64,000 nucleotides of DNA, taken from assembly GCA_965603825.1 (NCBI GenBank), contig CBFDEM010000032.1, positions 1 through 64,000 of the forward strand, given 5' to 3'. Position 1 is the first letter of the stretch. Each line of letters starts with the position of its first letter. The notes under the pieces are model-generated. The model worked only from the letters and a program-made list of their open reading frames with translations. It made no database searches and was not told the DNA's origin. The translations under genes and the position numbers were made by a program. Positions 23,685-36,230 of the stretch are shown here, piece by piece. The stretch is from Blepharisma stoltei ATCC 30299 (Eukaryota; Protista; Ciliophora).

Positions 23685-24713
23685 TTACAACTCATCATTA
23701 TCTGACATCATATCAAAAGGATCTTCACCTTTTGCAATTGGCACTCTTGGTGAGGTGCTATCAAAATTTCATATTGGAACTTTTAAATTTCTTGGATGCT
23801 TCTGCTCTTCTGCATTGCCCTCAGAACTTGATTCTCTAGAAGATGCTATTACTGAGCTCATTAGAATATCCCTTACATACTCAACTCCTTTTGAATTAAA
23901 AAAAAACTTTTTCTTCAATAAATCATCAGCATTAGGTCTTCTTTGCGAATCCAATGCTAAGCACAAATTGACCACTTCTTTTAATAACTGATCACAGTTT
24001 GTTTTTTTATCTAAAATTGGAGGGGTTTTATGAGTAATCATCATCATAACCTTTAAAGGAGGATAATCTCTATAAGGTGGCTTTCCTTTAATAATCTCCA
24101 AAGCAAGAATTCCAAAGCTTCATATATCGGATTTAATAGTGCTCGGAGCATTATTAATCACTTCTGGTGCAGTCCAGCAAGGGCTTCCATAATTCCCAGT
24201 TAACGTCACAATTTCTTTTATCCTCGAAACTATCCCATAATCTGACAAAATTACTTTTCCTTCTTGATTTATAAAAATATTGCTGGATTTTATATCTCTA
24301 TGCACTTTATTATGCTGATGAAAATACATCAAAGTGATAAGGATATCTCTTAATATTGAAGCAATAAGAATTTCATCTGAAAATCCTGTAGGCGCTTGAG
24401 TTTTTAAGAGGCTTTCTAAATTTCATTGAAGTAATGGCATAATTATTCATAGGATTTTGTCTGTGAGAAAGCAGTTGTGATAGCTTGCAATGGAAGGATG
24501 ATAAATTGGCCGCATTGTTTGGATTTCTTTACGGATGTCTTCTATATTGAGATTGGAGTATTGGTCAAGATTTACCACTTTTATTGCAACCTTGGAGCCG
24601 ATATTTAAACCTTCTGTGACTGTGGCTGAGTAGACTATTCCTAAAGAGCCTGCGCCTATAGTGGATTCGATTCTATAGCCTAATTCTGAGCTTGGCCACT
24701 CTTCTGTGTGCAT
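23685..24713 (-). CDS. STE20-family Ser/Thr kinase, OSR1/SPAK(Fray)-like, 342 aa
   Basis: One frame with UGA=Trp. IGAG, VAIK, HRDIKSSN, DYG, GSPCWTAPE, SDIW(UGA)SFGI, PPYRDYPPLKV. Confidence 0.9.
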
Positions 24714-24790
24714 TTTAGATTTAAAAAAATAATCAGAAAATTAATAAAAAATACGAATTACTATTCAAAAATGTAATTAATTACCAAAAT

Positions 24791-25486
24791 TTAAAAAATT
24801 GAACACTCTAGACAAGTAGGATTCATATTTATTGTGTTGTTTTTCCTTGTCTTCATTAATTCAACTTCATTTTTTACATTTACTATGTCAAGTTCTTGCT
24901 CCTTTAATTTCTTCAATAATTCATTTATCACAACTCTATCAGACACCTTACTAGCATTCCCATTATTTCTCGTATTAGCCTTCTCAGCAAAAATCTTTGA
25001 ATGCAAATTTTTATATTCCCTTTTTAATTGTTCAATATTTTCTTTACAGTTTTTAATTTCCTCAATTATTTTTTCTTTTTCTTGGGTAATTTCCTTTCTT
25101 TTCTGGCTTTCTTCGTTAATTATTCCTTCGATCTCGTTTTTATATTGTGATTTGATATTTTTCCGTAGAAAATATCAGTAGCATTTCACACAAATTCGTT
25201 GCAAATCATGAGTTTCAGGATGAAGTGCTATTAAGCAGGAGCACGCAGAGCAAAAGGCATTAAAGCAAAATCGACTAAATAAAGCTTACCAAACGTGAAG
25301 TTTTTCAATTAATGCGGCATTTCTTCGTATATGTGTTTTACAGTGATTGCATTTACTTTGAGATTTCCATGCATTTTCATTCAAATTTGGTAATAGCTCT
25401 TTTACTCGAAGAATTTCTACCGAAGGGGCTGTAAAAGAAGCGACACCTTTATGCAGATAATCATAATCAGATAAAGAATTATCCAT
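24791..25486 (-). CDS. FYVE-type zinc finger + coiled coil protein with C-terminal CaaX (CSIF)
   Basis: Intron 25275..25289 (GTAAGCTTTATTTAG) removes a stop and restores W..CNHC..KLHVCRFCFNAFCSACS..RICVKCY. Confidence 0.85.
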
Positions 25487-25503
25487 AGTTATTATAAAAT
25501 TAG

Positions 25504-26650
25504 CTATTCAAAAAAGCCTTCTTGGTTTTCTAGCATTTCGATTTGTTGGATACAGGCTTCAAGAGTTATTACATAATAACCCATAGAACCATTTTGCATT
25601 TCTTTTCTGCCAAAATCGTAAATCATTTTTACGTGGCCTCTTAAATTTTTAATTTTCGCTTTTAAAACCACATACATGAAAATGCTTAAAATTTGGTCTG
25701 AGTCAATAATTAAGTCATCTTGAGTTGTTTCGTCGTTTTCTTTTCATATAAAGTCTATACAATTGCAGATTTCTACAGCTGCTTTTGTAATGACATTGAG
25801 TTTTTCTATTGGGGAGTTCACTTTTTCTATGTCTCGCAGTTTGTCTATAGAAGCTCCATAAGCATTTTCTAAGTGTAAATCCAATTGAAATAGCTCTTTA
25901 ATTCCAAAATCCTTGCACTTCAAATATTGGAATTTTTCAATGTTTTGTTGGTATTTGGATTCCTCACATTTATACATTTCTAAATAAGTGTTCAATGCAG
26001 TCTCATGAATTTTATTAGAAATTGTGTAGGTAAGAATTAAATCTGAAATGTCACCATCTTTTTTTTTGATTAAATCTCTCACGATTCCTCCGTAGTAATT
26101 AAGCAGAGTTTGGAGAGCTAATTGTACAAAATCATTAATTTCGTCTATGATTGGCTTTATATCATATTTTGGAAAATCTTGCTTATCAAAAGAGTCAGTA
26201 AATTTAAAAATCATTGCTGAGATAAAATGGTCTTCTGTATGTGACAAGTGGGTTTTTATAAAATCCAACAGTGAATCTACTTGAAAAGTGCTTGGCAAAG
26301 GAAGTTTAAAATTAGTCACAGTTTTGTCAGGAAGAGGTATATTAGACTTATAGCTGTGTAGATAATTGTATCAAATTACGTTTGATCTCCATTTGAGATC
26401 AGCTCTTTTTCAAGATTTACAAAGATAAACCAGTTCTTGAGGCCATAAAGCTTCTGGAAATTTTTCTTGTAGACTTTTTAATTCACGGATCATATGTTTG
26501 AGCCAGTTCTAAATAGAAATTTACTTTAAAATTATAAGTATTGATGGCTAATTGGTGCTTTTTTAAATAAAGTTCTTTCTGCTTCCTAATAATTTTGAAA
26601 TACCGTCGTCTTGTTTTTTCTTTTCTATCTATGCTGCATTGGGCTCCCAT
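25504..26650 (-). CDS. VPS9-domain Rab5-type GEF with N-terminal MGAQCS acylation motif
   Basis: 16-nt intron 26509..26524, UGA=Trp. SPIEKLNVI, DSDQILSIFMYVV, GYYVITLEAC. Confidence 0.85.
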
Positions 26651-26902
26651 ATTCAGTTCTTTTTATAATAAACTCCACAAATAGTAATAATTAAACCATT
26701 TTAACAAATAGAAAAATTAAAAACAGGAGAAAATTTTAACCTATTTTTAGTAGAAATTAGTATCTTATATATATAATTAAATAATTCTATATTTTTATTT
26801 ATATAGAAATCTCAAAAATGCAAATATAATTTATCCATATTTGATGATTTATTTTCTATTTATAAATTTCCCTTATTAATTTAAATTTTCTTTCAAAGCA
26901 TT

Positions 26903-28264
26903 TTATATTGTTAATCTTGGAGTTAAAGCTGCAACTGCATCTGGAGGCAGCGATATTTCAGCTAAAATATCAGAAAACCTTTGAAGAGGACTCTTATCAG
27001 TATGATGCTTCAGCGCTGACTGATAATTCCCTATTATATTATCAATTTTATCAAACGCTTCCAAAAATTTTTCAGCTTCACAATTATATTTGCTATACCA
27101 ATGCAAATATGCCCCAGCACGAAATTTTGACTTTGCATTATAAATTGTCCTCCTAAGAGCTGTCAAAATTCCAGTCGTATTCGCTGCAATCGTAACACTC
27201 CTATCAATTTTATAAATCGGATTCGCAGCTCTCCCCTCCAAAAATGAGAAATTCAGATAAGATTTATCGACTCACGACACAGGCCTAAAATGTGAAGAAA
27301 TTTTATTGTAAAATTGCTTAATTTGCCTTTCGACACCATTATGTAAGTCTTCTCCTCTCATATAGCATTTAACAGAAATTGACTGATGGCTTGATTGGCC
27401 ATTTTCTTCATATTTAGGGAAATTTTTTAGCCCACTTTCGACGATATTCATTCAGCTAACTTCTCTTGATAGCGAGGCTTGTTTATCAATAATAAATGGA
27501 TAGCTGTGAGCTCCTATAAATTTATAGTCTTCTGAAGGCACTAAATCTTGCATTATCGAAGGCCAGTCAAAGTCGTTACTCCTGTCTGGATAAAATAAAT
27601 TGGCAAGGGCATAAGCTATACATTCATTAATATTGTGTGTACTTGCGTTGGAGCCACGCTTGTTTGAATATAAAACTTGTCGTAAAACTTCATCATTTTC
27701 AAAGAAAATAATTCCATCAGTGTAATCTTGCATATAAGAAAGCGATAGGCAAGAGTTATAGTCCTGTAAAGGGGTGTCTGCAGATTCTGAAGGTATAACT
27801 GCTGCACTTAAAAGGAAAGAGATAGGATATTCATCACGAATTTTTTCAAGTAATTTGCTGCCTAGCCCTGAGCCTGTACCTCCAGCTAAGCTGTGTATTA
27901 AAACTGTCCCTCGATAGTAATCACAATCCTCAGCTTCTTTCCGAAGCATTTCCATTGTAGCATGAGACAATTTTGTCCCATTTTCTGGAGCATCTAAGTA
28001 GCCAAGGGCTCAGTTATTTCCTCTTCCTGATGAAGTACTTATAGAGCGGTCTCGATTTAAAACTGAATTCAGAGGATGAGATGATTTATTAAAAGGCTTT
28101 TCAATAACTCGAGGCTCAGAATCAATAGCAATACATCTAGCTAGCCCTGTGTAACGATTAAAAGCTGTATTATTGTTTATCTCAATCTCATCTTTTAATA
28201 TTTTCCAAAATTGATGCCCAATTTGATTTCCACACTGGCCTACATGTAAGAACACAGTACTCAT
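26903..28264 (-). CDS. Centriolar tubulin of the delta/zeta class, best match zeta (ciliate eta) tubulin, 453 aa
   Basis: VGQCGNQIG, IDSEPRVI, GRGNNW(UGA)ALGY, LRKEAE..GTVLIHSLAGGTGSGLGS, PLQDYN, AGAYLHWY. DSEP and GRGNNW favour zeta over delta (DMEP, GSGNNW), from recalled family sequences. Confidence 0.8.
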
Positions 28265-28280
28265 AAATTTTATTTAATTT

Positions 28281-29879
28281 TTAACTAAATATAAAATCTG
28301 AAGGATACTGATTTTGATGGCCTAAATCATTGATTTCCTCTACTTCGTAATGCTCCTTTAAAATTTGGACTGCTTTGTCATAGATTCTTTGATTTGGATG
28401 TGACTGGAGTTTTTCTAGAGCTTCAAGCCCTTCAAGGTCTTGGAAATTTTTTGCTATATCATTATATCCGAAACCCCGGCCTGCTCTAAGGATGTTATTG
28501 ATGGCTTCTAAAGTAACTATAAGAATATCAGGATCTTGATGGGTCAAAATATTGATTAATTGAGGTAAAACATTTAAATCAAATAATCTTCTTACTACAT
28601 TTACATTTTTTGAGCGAGTTGTATTGCCTATAGCATACGCCGCTTCTTTTTTTAAATCAAAATCATTGTCATTTAACTCTGAAATAACTAGATATACACA
28701 AGGGTGACCCAAAACCTCAACAGCTTGTGAATCAGAGCCTGCTGTGATATTGCTGATGCCCCATAGAGCTTCTTTTTTTATTTGCCTTTTCCCAGTCGAT
28801 AATAAAATTTGATATTTTTCTAAGATTCCTGAATTTAGCACCATTTGGGCTTGTTCATCAGTTCCCGATAAAATATTTCCTATTGAACGAAGGGCTGGGA
28901 CTTGGATTTTTATATTATGATGAGTCGTTAAATCAATAAGTTTCTGAATTATATTCAACTCTATAAGCAAATTTACGCATTCTGGGCTAATTTCTGAAAC
29001 ATAAGAAATTATTCAGCATATATCAATTAAAATATCTTCATAAATTTGATCAATCATAGCCGGCACAATTTTTAAGACTTCTTTAACTAATGATAATGGA
29101 GGACTTGGGTATCCTTTACATAAATTGCTTAAAACCCAAACAAGTATTGCAATATCTTTATAATCCATTCTCGGATTTTTTAAAATAATTTCAATTATTT
29201 GATTTGCTGCTTTTGATTCAATCGCCTTGTCTCGGCTGCCTATTGAGTCTCCAGCCAAATTTCCTATTGTCCATGCACAATAAACAAGAATTTCTGTGGG
29301 CGATTTTGTTCGAAGCATCTGCACAAGAATACTAATAGTGTCTTCTGCTGCAAATAATGCTGAGATATCACTTTTCCCTGACGTCAAATTAATTAGACAT
29401 CAGGAAACTTCACTTTGAATAGGGACATTTTTTGTCGTCAGCATTCTCAGGAGTTTTACGACTGGGTTTAATTCAGAAATCAAGCTAGCAGGTGGTGAAT
29501 CTTTGCCATTAAGAAGTTTTCTAAAAGTTTGTATTATATGAAGCAGGATTCCTTGGTCTTCACAAGTATTTAAATTTGAAATTAAGCAGGATATTCTCGT
29601 AGATGGGGTAAGTTCTAAATCTACCAATCTTCTGTCAAAATTTGCTAGTTCTTGGGATATATACTCGTATGGGAAAACAATGTGACTTTCTTCAGTTTGT
29701 GGGGTATCAAATACAGGATCTCTTCCAAATGCGCGCTTTTTATTGATGTGCTCAATTCTTTTCTTTTTTCTTAACTCTGCAAGACCTTCTTGGTGTTTTC
29801 TTTTAAGATCGTCAGGGTTTAGACTTTTTTGGTAATTTTTCAGTCGATCTTCGATCCTTTGATTTAATTGATTTTCCAT
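28281..29879 (-). CDS. KPNA: Importin subunit alpha, 532 aa
   Basis: IBB domain (ELRKKKR..INKKR) and ARM repeats; conserved ARM Trp encoded by UGA in EVSW and DICW. Confidence 0.95.
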
Positions 29880-30173
29880 ATGATTTTTATAGGAACCTAA
29901 TATAAAAATCTCATTGAAAAACTATTTTTTAGCTTCTATGAGTCATTAAAACCAGAAAATTTCTAATTAAATGAGAATTTTAAATATTAATATAATTTCC
30001 ACGGCTCCAGAGATTCTGACAGATATGATAAATATAAAAAATTTACCCAGCCAATCAATAAGTACTTTCTAAAACTCACTTAATTTTTACTGATTTTATT
30101 CATAAATCTGTAGCAAAATCTTATTAAAACAATAAATAAATCCCTAGATAAAATACGAAATCTAGCAAAATTA

Positions 30174-31058
30174 CTAATTAAATGAGACCTCCCTAACTTC
30201 TCGGACTCTTCCTTTGCAGAGAGGGCATGGTTCTGATCCAGCTCTACTATTTATTATCTTGTTTAGAGTCAGCTTCATTTTCTCCACAACGCAGTCTTTA
30301 CAGGCAAAAACATGCCCGCATGGTAAAAATACAATACTTTTTGGAGAGCTTCTGCAAATTAAGCATTCTAAGTCCTGGTCCTGAAGCTCCGCTGTGTGTT
30401 TTTTCTTCCTCTCTACTTTAATTTGGAGGGTTTTTATCATCTCTTCACTGCTTTCCTGCAGCTTTTGCGCGGCATCTGCCCTTTGGGTGAGTTTTTGGAC
30501 GTAATTTGCGTAGAGTTGGCTGTCTTTTTGCTTCTTATTCAGTGCATCTTTTATGTAGTAGTATTGAGCAATTATTTCTGTTCGAGAGTTCTTTAAAGCT
30601 TTAATATAACCTAGCATCCCACTAATAGTGCTCCCGTACAGCTCTTCATAAGAAAATTTGAAAATCCCAACCTTTGCGCCTGTAAAATAGCAGCCAAGAC
30701 CAGTGATGTCTTGGCAGTGAACTAATAAATAAATAAAATCCGTCTGGGAGTTCATGTCTGAACATTCTGCCATAAATATTCGTGCATCAGTATGCAATGC
30801 AAACAAAAGCATTTGTTCAAGTAAAATCGACGAGTTTGGGTAGTGATTTGCAGCTTGACAGTCATAAAAGAGTCCACATAAATGAGCAGCAATATCTGGG
30901 ACCCCACAAGAAGAAAGGCATGGATAATCCTGAAGACTAGTTAACCTTTCAAAAATAATGGTGGATATTGGAGGCGATGCAGCTTGCAAGCATTGGAAGG
31001 CAAGTACTCCATCAAAAAAAGCTAGATTTACAGGCGTTAAACCCTGTGCAGTTTGCAT
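30174..31058 (-). CDS. Protein with coiled coil and C-terminal C3HC4 RING finger
   Basis: CLIC..VFLPCGHVFACKDC..CPLCKG; 294 aa open frame. Confidence 0.85.
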   Translation of the reverse strand: MQTAQGLTPVNLAFFDGVLAFQCLQAASPPISTIIFERLTSLQDYPCLSSCGVPDIAAHLCGLFYDCQAANHYPNSSILLEQMLLFALHTDARIFMAECSDMNSQTDFIYLLVHCQDITGLGCYFTGAKVGIFKFSYEELYGSTISGMLGYIKALKNSRTEIIAQYYYIKDALNKKQKDSQLYANYVQKLTQRADAAQKLQESSEEMIKTLQIKVERKKKHTAELQDQDLECLICRSSPKSIVFLPCGHVFACKDCVVEKMKLTLNKIINSRAGSEPCPLCKGRVREVREVSFN

Positions 31059-31617
31059 ATGTATAAAATTATTAGCATTTAAGAACTTTCGAACCAGTGG
31101 TCATTGTAAGCCAATAAAAAAACAGTGATACTGAAAGCGAAAATAAAGTGCTGATTTCTTAATTATTCAACAATTTCATATAGGTAACGTGAAAAAATTC
31201 ATATTTATTATTTTCGGGAGATTTAATTTTTCATTGTGAGTTATGAATTGAAATTCAGTGAATATAAAGATATTCGTTTTAAAAATATAAGATTTTAAAT
31301 CTTTTATCATTAGAAACATTTCTGATCAGGGTTAACTCTGGAGAACATTTAATAATACACAGAAAAATTCAGGAGCTGCAGCGGTTGGCAAAGAAAATTT
31401 CCAAAAAAAAATTAGGTGTTTTGTAAAAATGATTCAATGATAAGCCATTTACCATTTTGGACAAGAAGAAATTGGCAAAGCTGGGCAAGCTCAGACTGCC
31501 CAAATAGGAATATATTATTTCATTAATTTAATTAATATAAAAAAATTCTTTTCTCTATAAACTATCAGTAGAAACTCTAAGTTATTTAATTATAAAGAGA
31601 AATCATAATTAGGCTTA

Positions 31618-33294
31618 ATGTCAAAAAATTTTACCTCTTCATCATTTCCAACGACAAGTTTAACCTCTTCCCCCTCACAAAAAAGTCTCAATACAAAAGA
31701 TGAGCTACTTTTAAGATGCAGAGAAACGATAGAAAGTCTAAATGACGAAATTGAAAATCAAAAACAACAAAGACGAGAAGTTGAGCTCTATTGCAAAGAA
31801 ATTGAGCTAAAAAACCAATCTTTAGAGACAAAAATAAAAGAATTAAATTTTCGAACAAATTCTTTAAGTGAAGAAAACGAAAAAATTTTAAATCAAAAAA
31901 ATAATTTGGAGCAGGAGCTTGGGTATATAAAGAGAAATGATGGAAAATATTCACAGAAAATTGGAGAGGTTCAAAGTGAGCTGGAAAAGGAAAAGACAGA
32001 AAATATTAGCTTAAAGCAGCAATTAAATGAAAAAGTTGAAGCATTGAGAGAGACAAGTGGAATCTTGCAAGGATTTGAGATGAAAATTAAGAAGCTTGAA
32101 GAACAAATTGATTTGGCTACACAAGAAGCTGAAGAGTGGCGCCAAAAATATGAGGATGCTGAATTTAAATGTGATAGGCTGACTTCGCAGGTAAAAATAG
32201 CTGAAGCTGTTATACAGAATCTAAAAAAAGCTCAAGAAGATTGTCAAAGTAGCTTACAGCAAGAAAAACAAGTGCTTCAACAAAGAGAAAAAGAAATGAA
32301 AGAAAAATACCAAAATTATGAACAAAAAATAAAGAAAATGTATATGACGAGAGAAAATGAATTAAAACAAGAACTTAAGAAAACAATTGAAGAAATTCAA
32401 CAAGGAGTAGAGCTAAGTAGTGCTGAATACCAAAAAACTCGAAATGAAAATTTAAATTTAAAAGAAATCATCAAAAAATATCAAGATAAAGAATTTGAGT
32501 ACCAAAATGTGTTAAAGGACACAAGCGCCTTTGAAGCTGAAATTGCAAATTTGCAAAAAATTATTGAAGAATTAAATGAAAAATTGATAAGTGGACAACA
32601 AAAGTATCAAAAGCATATGGACTCTTATAACGAGACCGAAAAAACATTATATGAAAAGCTGGAAATTAAAGAAAAAGAAATTGAAAGCCTTAAAAAAGAG
32701 CTTAATAATTGTGTCGTGAATTTAGAAGAAAATTTAAGTTTGAAATTACTGTTGGAAGAGCAAGCAAAGCAATTAAAAATAAGGGATATAGAAATCCAAA
32801 GGTTTTTATCCCAAGAAAAAGAATATGAGTATAACATAGCAAAAATGAAAGAAAACCATCTACAAGAGCTGAAAAAACTAAGCTACACATATGAAGATAA
32901 AATAGATGCTTTAAAATCTACAATAAAACAAAAATTAAGAAAAGAATTTGAAGATTTGGTGGATAAGAGTTCCAAAGCAAGTAAAAAATTAGAAATTGAA
33001 TTAAATGAACTGAAAACTAAAGTAAAATCCCAAGAAAATGTTATAGAAGAACTGGAAAAAGAAAAAGAAGAAAACGAGATATACAGAAGCAGCGGAAACT
33101 TTGTTGAAGAATTAGAAAACGCAAGGAAGACTATAGGGAATTTAGAGCTAGAAATTAAATATTATGAGGATGAAAATAATCTTTTGAATGAAAAAATCAA
33201 GCAAGACAGCTCGCTCTATAAGCGTGAAATGTCAAGAAAAGATGATGAAATACTAAAAATGAAGAGAAAGATTGAGGCTTGGTCAAATATTTAA
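31618..33294 (+). CDS. Long coiled-coil protein, 558 aa
   Basis: Uninterrupted E/K/Q/L-rich heptad frame. Confidence 0.85.
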   Translation: MSKNFTSSSFPTTSLTSSPSQKSLNTKDELLLRCRETIESLNDEIENQKQQRREVELYCKEIELKNQSLETKIKELNFRTNSLSEENEKILNQKNNLEQELGYIKRNDGKYSQKIGEVQSELEKEKTENISLKQQLNEKVEALRETSGILQGFEMKIKKLEEQIDLATQEAEEWRQKYEDAEFKCDRLTSQVKIAEAVIQNLKKAQEDCQSSLQQEKQVLQQREKEMKEKYQNYEQKIKKMYMTRENELKQELKKTIEEIQQGVELSSAEYQKTRNENLNLKEIIKKYQDKEFEYQNVLKDTSAFEAEIANLQKIIEELNEKLISGQQKYQKHMDSYNETEKTLYEKLEIKEKEIESLKKELNNCVVNLEENLSLKLLLEEQAKQLKIRDIEIQRFLSQEKEYEYNIAKMKENHLQELKKLSYTYEDKIDALKSTIKQKLRKEFEDLVDKSSKASKKLEIELNELKTKVKSQENVIEELEKEKEENEIYRSSGNFVEELENARKTIGNLELEIKYYEDENNLLNEKIKQDSSLYKREMSRKDDEILKMKRKIEAWSNI

Positions 33295-33913
33295 ATTAAT
33301 TTTATATTTATTAGGAATAATGACTATAGAAAATACTTTCATTATAAAGAAAATAATTATAGTATGCCTTTATGTTAAACCTAAAAAAAGTGTTATCAAT
33401 AAGGCTATAAATTATAATAAAAGGAGATTATTAAAAATAATATTTAATAAGTTTAGCCTTGATTAGGACTTTAATCAAATTCCAAACTTAATTTGCCTAG
33501 CTAAAGGTCTTTGATGGCCAGCGCTAGCTTATATATAGTTGGATAATATTCAGGGCGTATAATGAAATTGAAAAATTATTAAATTAAAATAAACCATATA
33601 TTCTTAGACTTTAAAATTCATAAATTAAACAAATAGCTACTAATTCTAAATTTCATTGCATTTTACTTTGTTTCTCTAAGCATATTTTATCAAGCCTAGT
33701 AGGTTTCAATAACCAGTAATTTTTTCAGTATTAAAAAGTTATTAAAAATGGTCCAAGTTTTAAATGATCCAAACTCCTTTTCTATATAGATCAATTTTTA
33801 CCCTCAAACACATTATATTTTTCAAATTTTTTTATAAAACCCTCCCTAAAATTCATACCTAGCCTTTTCTCCATTTTTCAGCTCATTTTCCGCTCTTTTT
33901 ATAATAAATATAT

Positions 33914-35716
33914 ATGAAATTTTCAAGGCAATTAGAGTATTATAAAATTCCTGAATGATCAGCCTATTACATTGAATACCGAAAGCTTACCAAGCTTATC
34001 TACAGAATGAGACGCTCAGACTCCATTTCCTCTGAAAATGCTCTATCTGATCCTTTACTAGATCATAGCAGCCTTGAAAAGAAATTTAGAGCTGAATTTA
34101 AATCTCAAATAAACAGATTAAATGCATTTTATGCGGAAAAGAAAATGCAAATTTATGATGAACGCAAAACTATTTTCAGCTATTTCAAAAGTTTATCAAG
34201 AATTAATTCGACAATAGACCAAGAGGAAGCTAAAAGACTTTTAGCTTTAGATGAAAGGGACGATGCACAAAATAGAGCAACAAGTATGAAAAGGGCATTT
34301 TCTGATGTCCATAAACAGATGTGATGACTTGAAGCTTTCTGTGAAATTAATTATATGGCATGTTTAAGACTGTTGGAAAAACTTGAAAATTCAATCGACT
34401 TGAGGGATGAGCTGGAACATCAGCCGTTTAGACAATGGGAAAGCGAAATAGGAGGGCTGAGGCTAAAATTGTATAATAAAGTTGCAAAAGAATGCCTTGA
34501 TGGAAATGTGGAAGAAGCCAAATTGTTATTGACGAGAGGCTCAAAACAGTATAGAGCAAAAGATATTGCAGGAATTTTTTTTTGTTTAGGAATTGTAATA
34601 ACTTGTCTGATTGTGATTTTATATATAGCAATCAGATTTGGGAATATAACTTTATGTCCTTCTTATCCAATATTTAGGCTTACTTTAGCAGTAAATCTTT
34701 CTTTATTATCAATAGCCTACATTATATACACTTTGGAAGGCTATTCTATAAACTGAGTCTATATTTTTGAAATAGATCCTTCAAATAAAATATCCAGTAT
34801 AAAACTTGTATCGTATTCTATGTTTTTAAGCGCTATTTGAATTATTTGCTTTTTATTTACTATTGGTGACAAGTTATATCTAGCTTTCTCTCATCATCAT
34901 GTAAAGCTATGCATTACACTCTTTATTTTTTATTTCATTTTATGGCTGTGGCCTTTCAATAAGTGCTATAGAACTTCCAGATTTGCCTTTTTAAAACTAT
35001 TTTTTGAATTATTGATATCGCCCCTTAGTTATGTGCGTTTTAAAAATTATATGCTTGGGAGTTGGCTAACGTCTTTTGCTATCCCTTTAAGAGATTTATA
35101 TTTATCATTTTGCTTTTTTATAGAGGTTAACCCATCGCTAAATGCCTTAAGCCCAGAATGCTATACAAATTTTTTTGTGATATTTTTGCCAGCATTTCCT
35201 TTATTTTTGAGATTTATGCAAAATTTGAACTCTATGATAAGAAAACCTTCTTTATATAGGATGCAGCTAATAAATATAACAAGGTATTTTTTACCTATTT
35301 TACTTGTAGTGATGTCTTATTTCAAGCTCTATGAAGCGCCTTATACATCAGAATGACTCTCAGTGTTCACAATAATGACGACATATCATGCATTTTTAGA
35401 TATGTATGCAGACTGAGGACTATTAAGAAATTCAAATAATGGGCCGTTTTTGAGAGGAAAAATCTGTTTTCCAAGGAATTATTATTATAAGATTATGCTG
35501 ATTAATTTTTTCTTGAGATTCAATTGAACATTAACATTAGTACCATATGCTGCTTTCAATAATGCTTATGTGAATCCTGAAATGCTGTACACAGTTATAT
35601 TGGTTTTAGAAATTTTTAGACGAACTCTGTGGACAATTCTTAGGGTGGAAAGAGAAAATACAGGCAATGTTGAAAAATATCGGAAGATAGATTATCTTCC
35701 AAAGCCACTTTCTTAG
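33914..35716 (+). CDS. SPX-EXS phosphate exporter (XPR1/SYG1/PHO1 family), 600 aa
   Basis: MKFSRQL..IPEW(UGA)..YIEYRKL (SPX), DW(UGA)GLL, LRFNW(UGA), EIFRRTLWTILRVERE (EXS). Single frame with UGA=Trp. Confidence 0.93.
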
Positions 35717-35835
35717 CTTTTAAAGCTTTCTAAATATGAGTTTTAATTAATTAACTTAAAATATAACCTTTGGGAATTAAGTATTATATCTGATTGAAAT
35801 TTTATAATTTCCTATTAAATTATATTAATATCTAT

Positions 35836-36093
35836 ATGAAGATCACTTTGGAACCAGGAGCAGACACACTTGATTTCCCTCCATGCACAATTGAGATTGG
35901 CCCAAATAACGAAGTTGAGCACCTATTATCTTTACTAACTACTCGATACAATACATTAGACCCTACAACCTTAGTTCTATACCTTGGAGATCATCCATTG
36001 AGAGAAAGTCTTACTGTAATCCAAGCTGGAATAAAAGACAATGAAAAAATTAGTGTCAAGCCAAAGAGAACTAAATGTTGTGTGTTATTATAA
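35836..36093 (+). CDS. Membrane-anchored ubiquitin-fold protein (MUB/UBL3-like) with CaaX CCVLL
   Basis: 85 aa from ATG 35836. Ubiquitin-like pattern LVLYLGDHPL..LTVIQAGIKDNEKISV, polybasic tail KPKRTKCCVLL, no diglycine. Confidence 0.75.
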   Translation: MKITLEPGADTLDFPPCTIEIGPNNEVEHLLSLLTTRYNTLDPTTLVLYLGDHPLRESLTVIQAGIKDNEKISVKPKRTKCCVLL

Positions 36094-36230
36094 CTAATTT
36101 TTATGATAGACCATTGCAATTTTTAAGTCCTTATGCTAAACAAATTTTACATGCTGAGATCTATGCCATAAGGTCAGAAATTTTGATAAATAGACCTCCT
36201 AAGTTTATAAAATGCATTAACTATAATAAT

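Noticed and set aside
26354-26379. Apparent 26-nt GT..AG intron in the VPS9 gene
   Set aside because: The frame is continuous through it with UGA=Trp, and the length is outside the 15-16 nt class.
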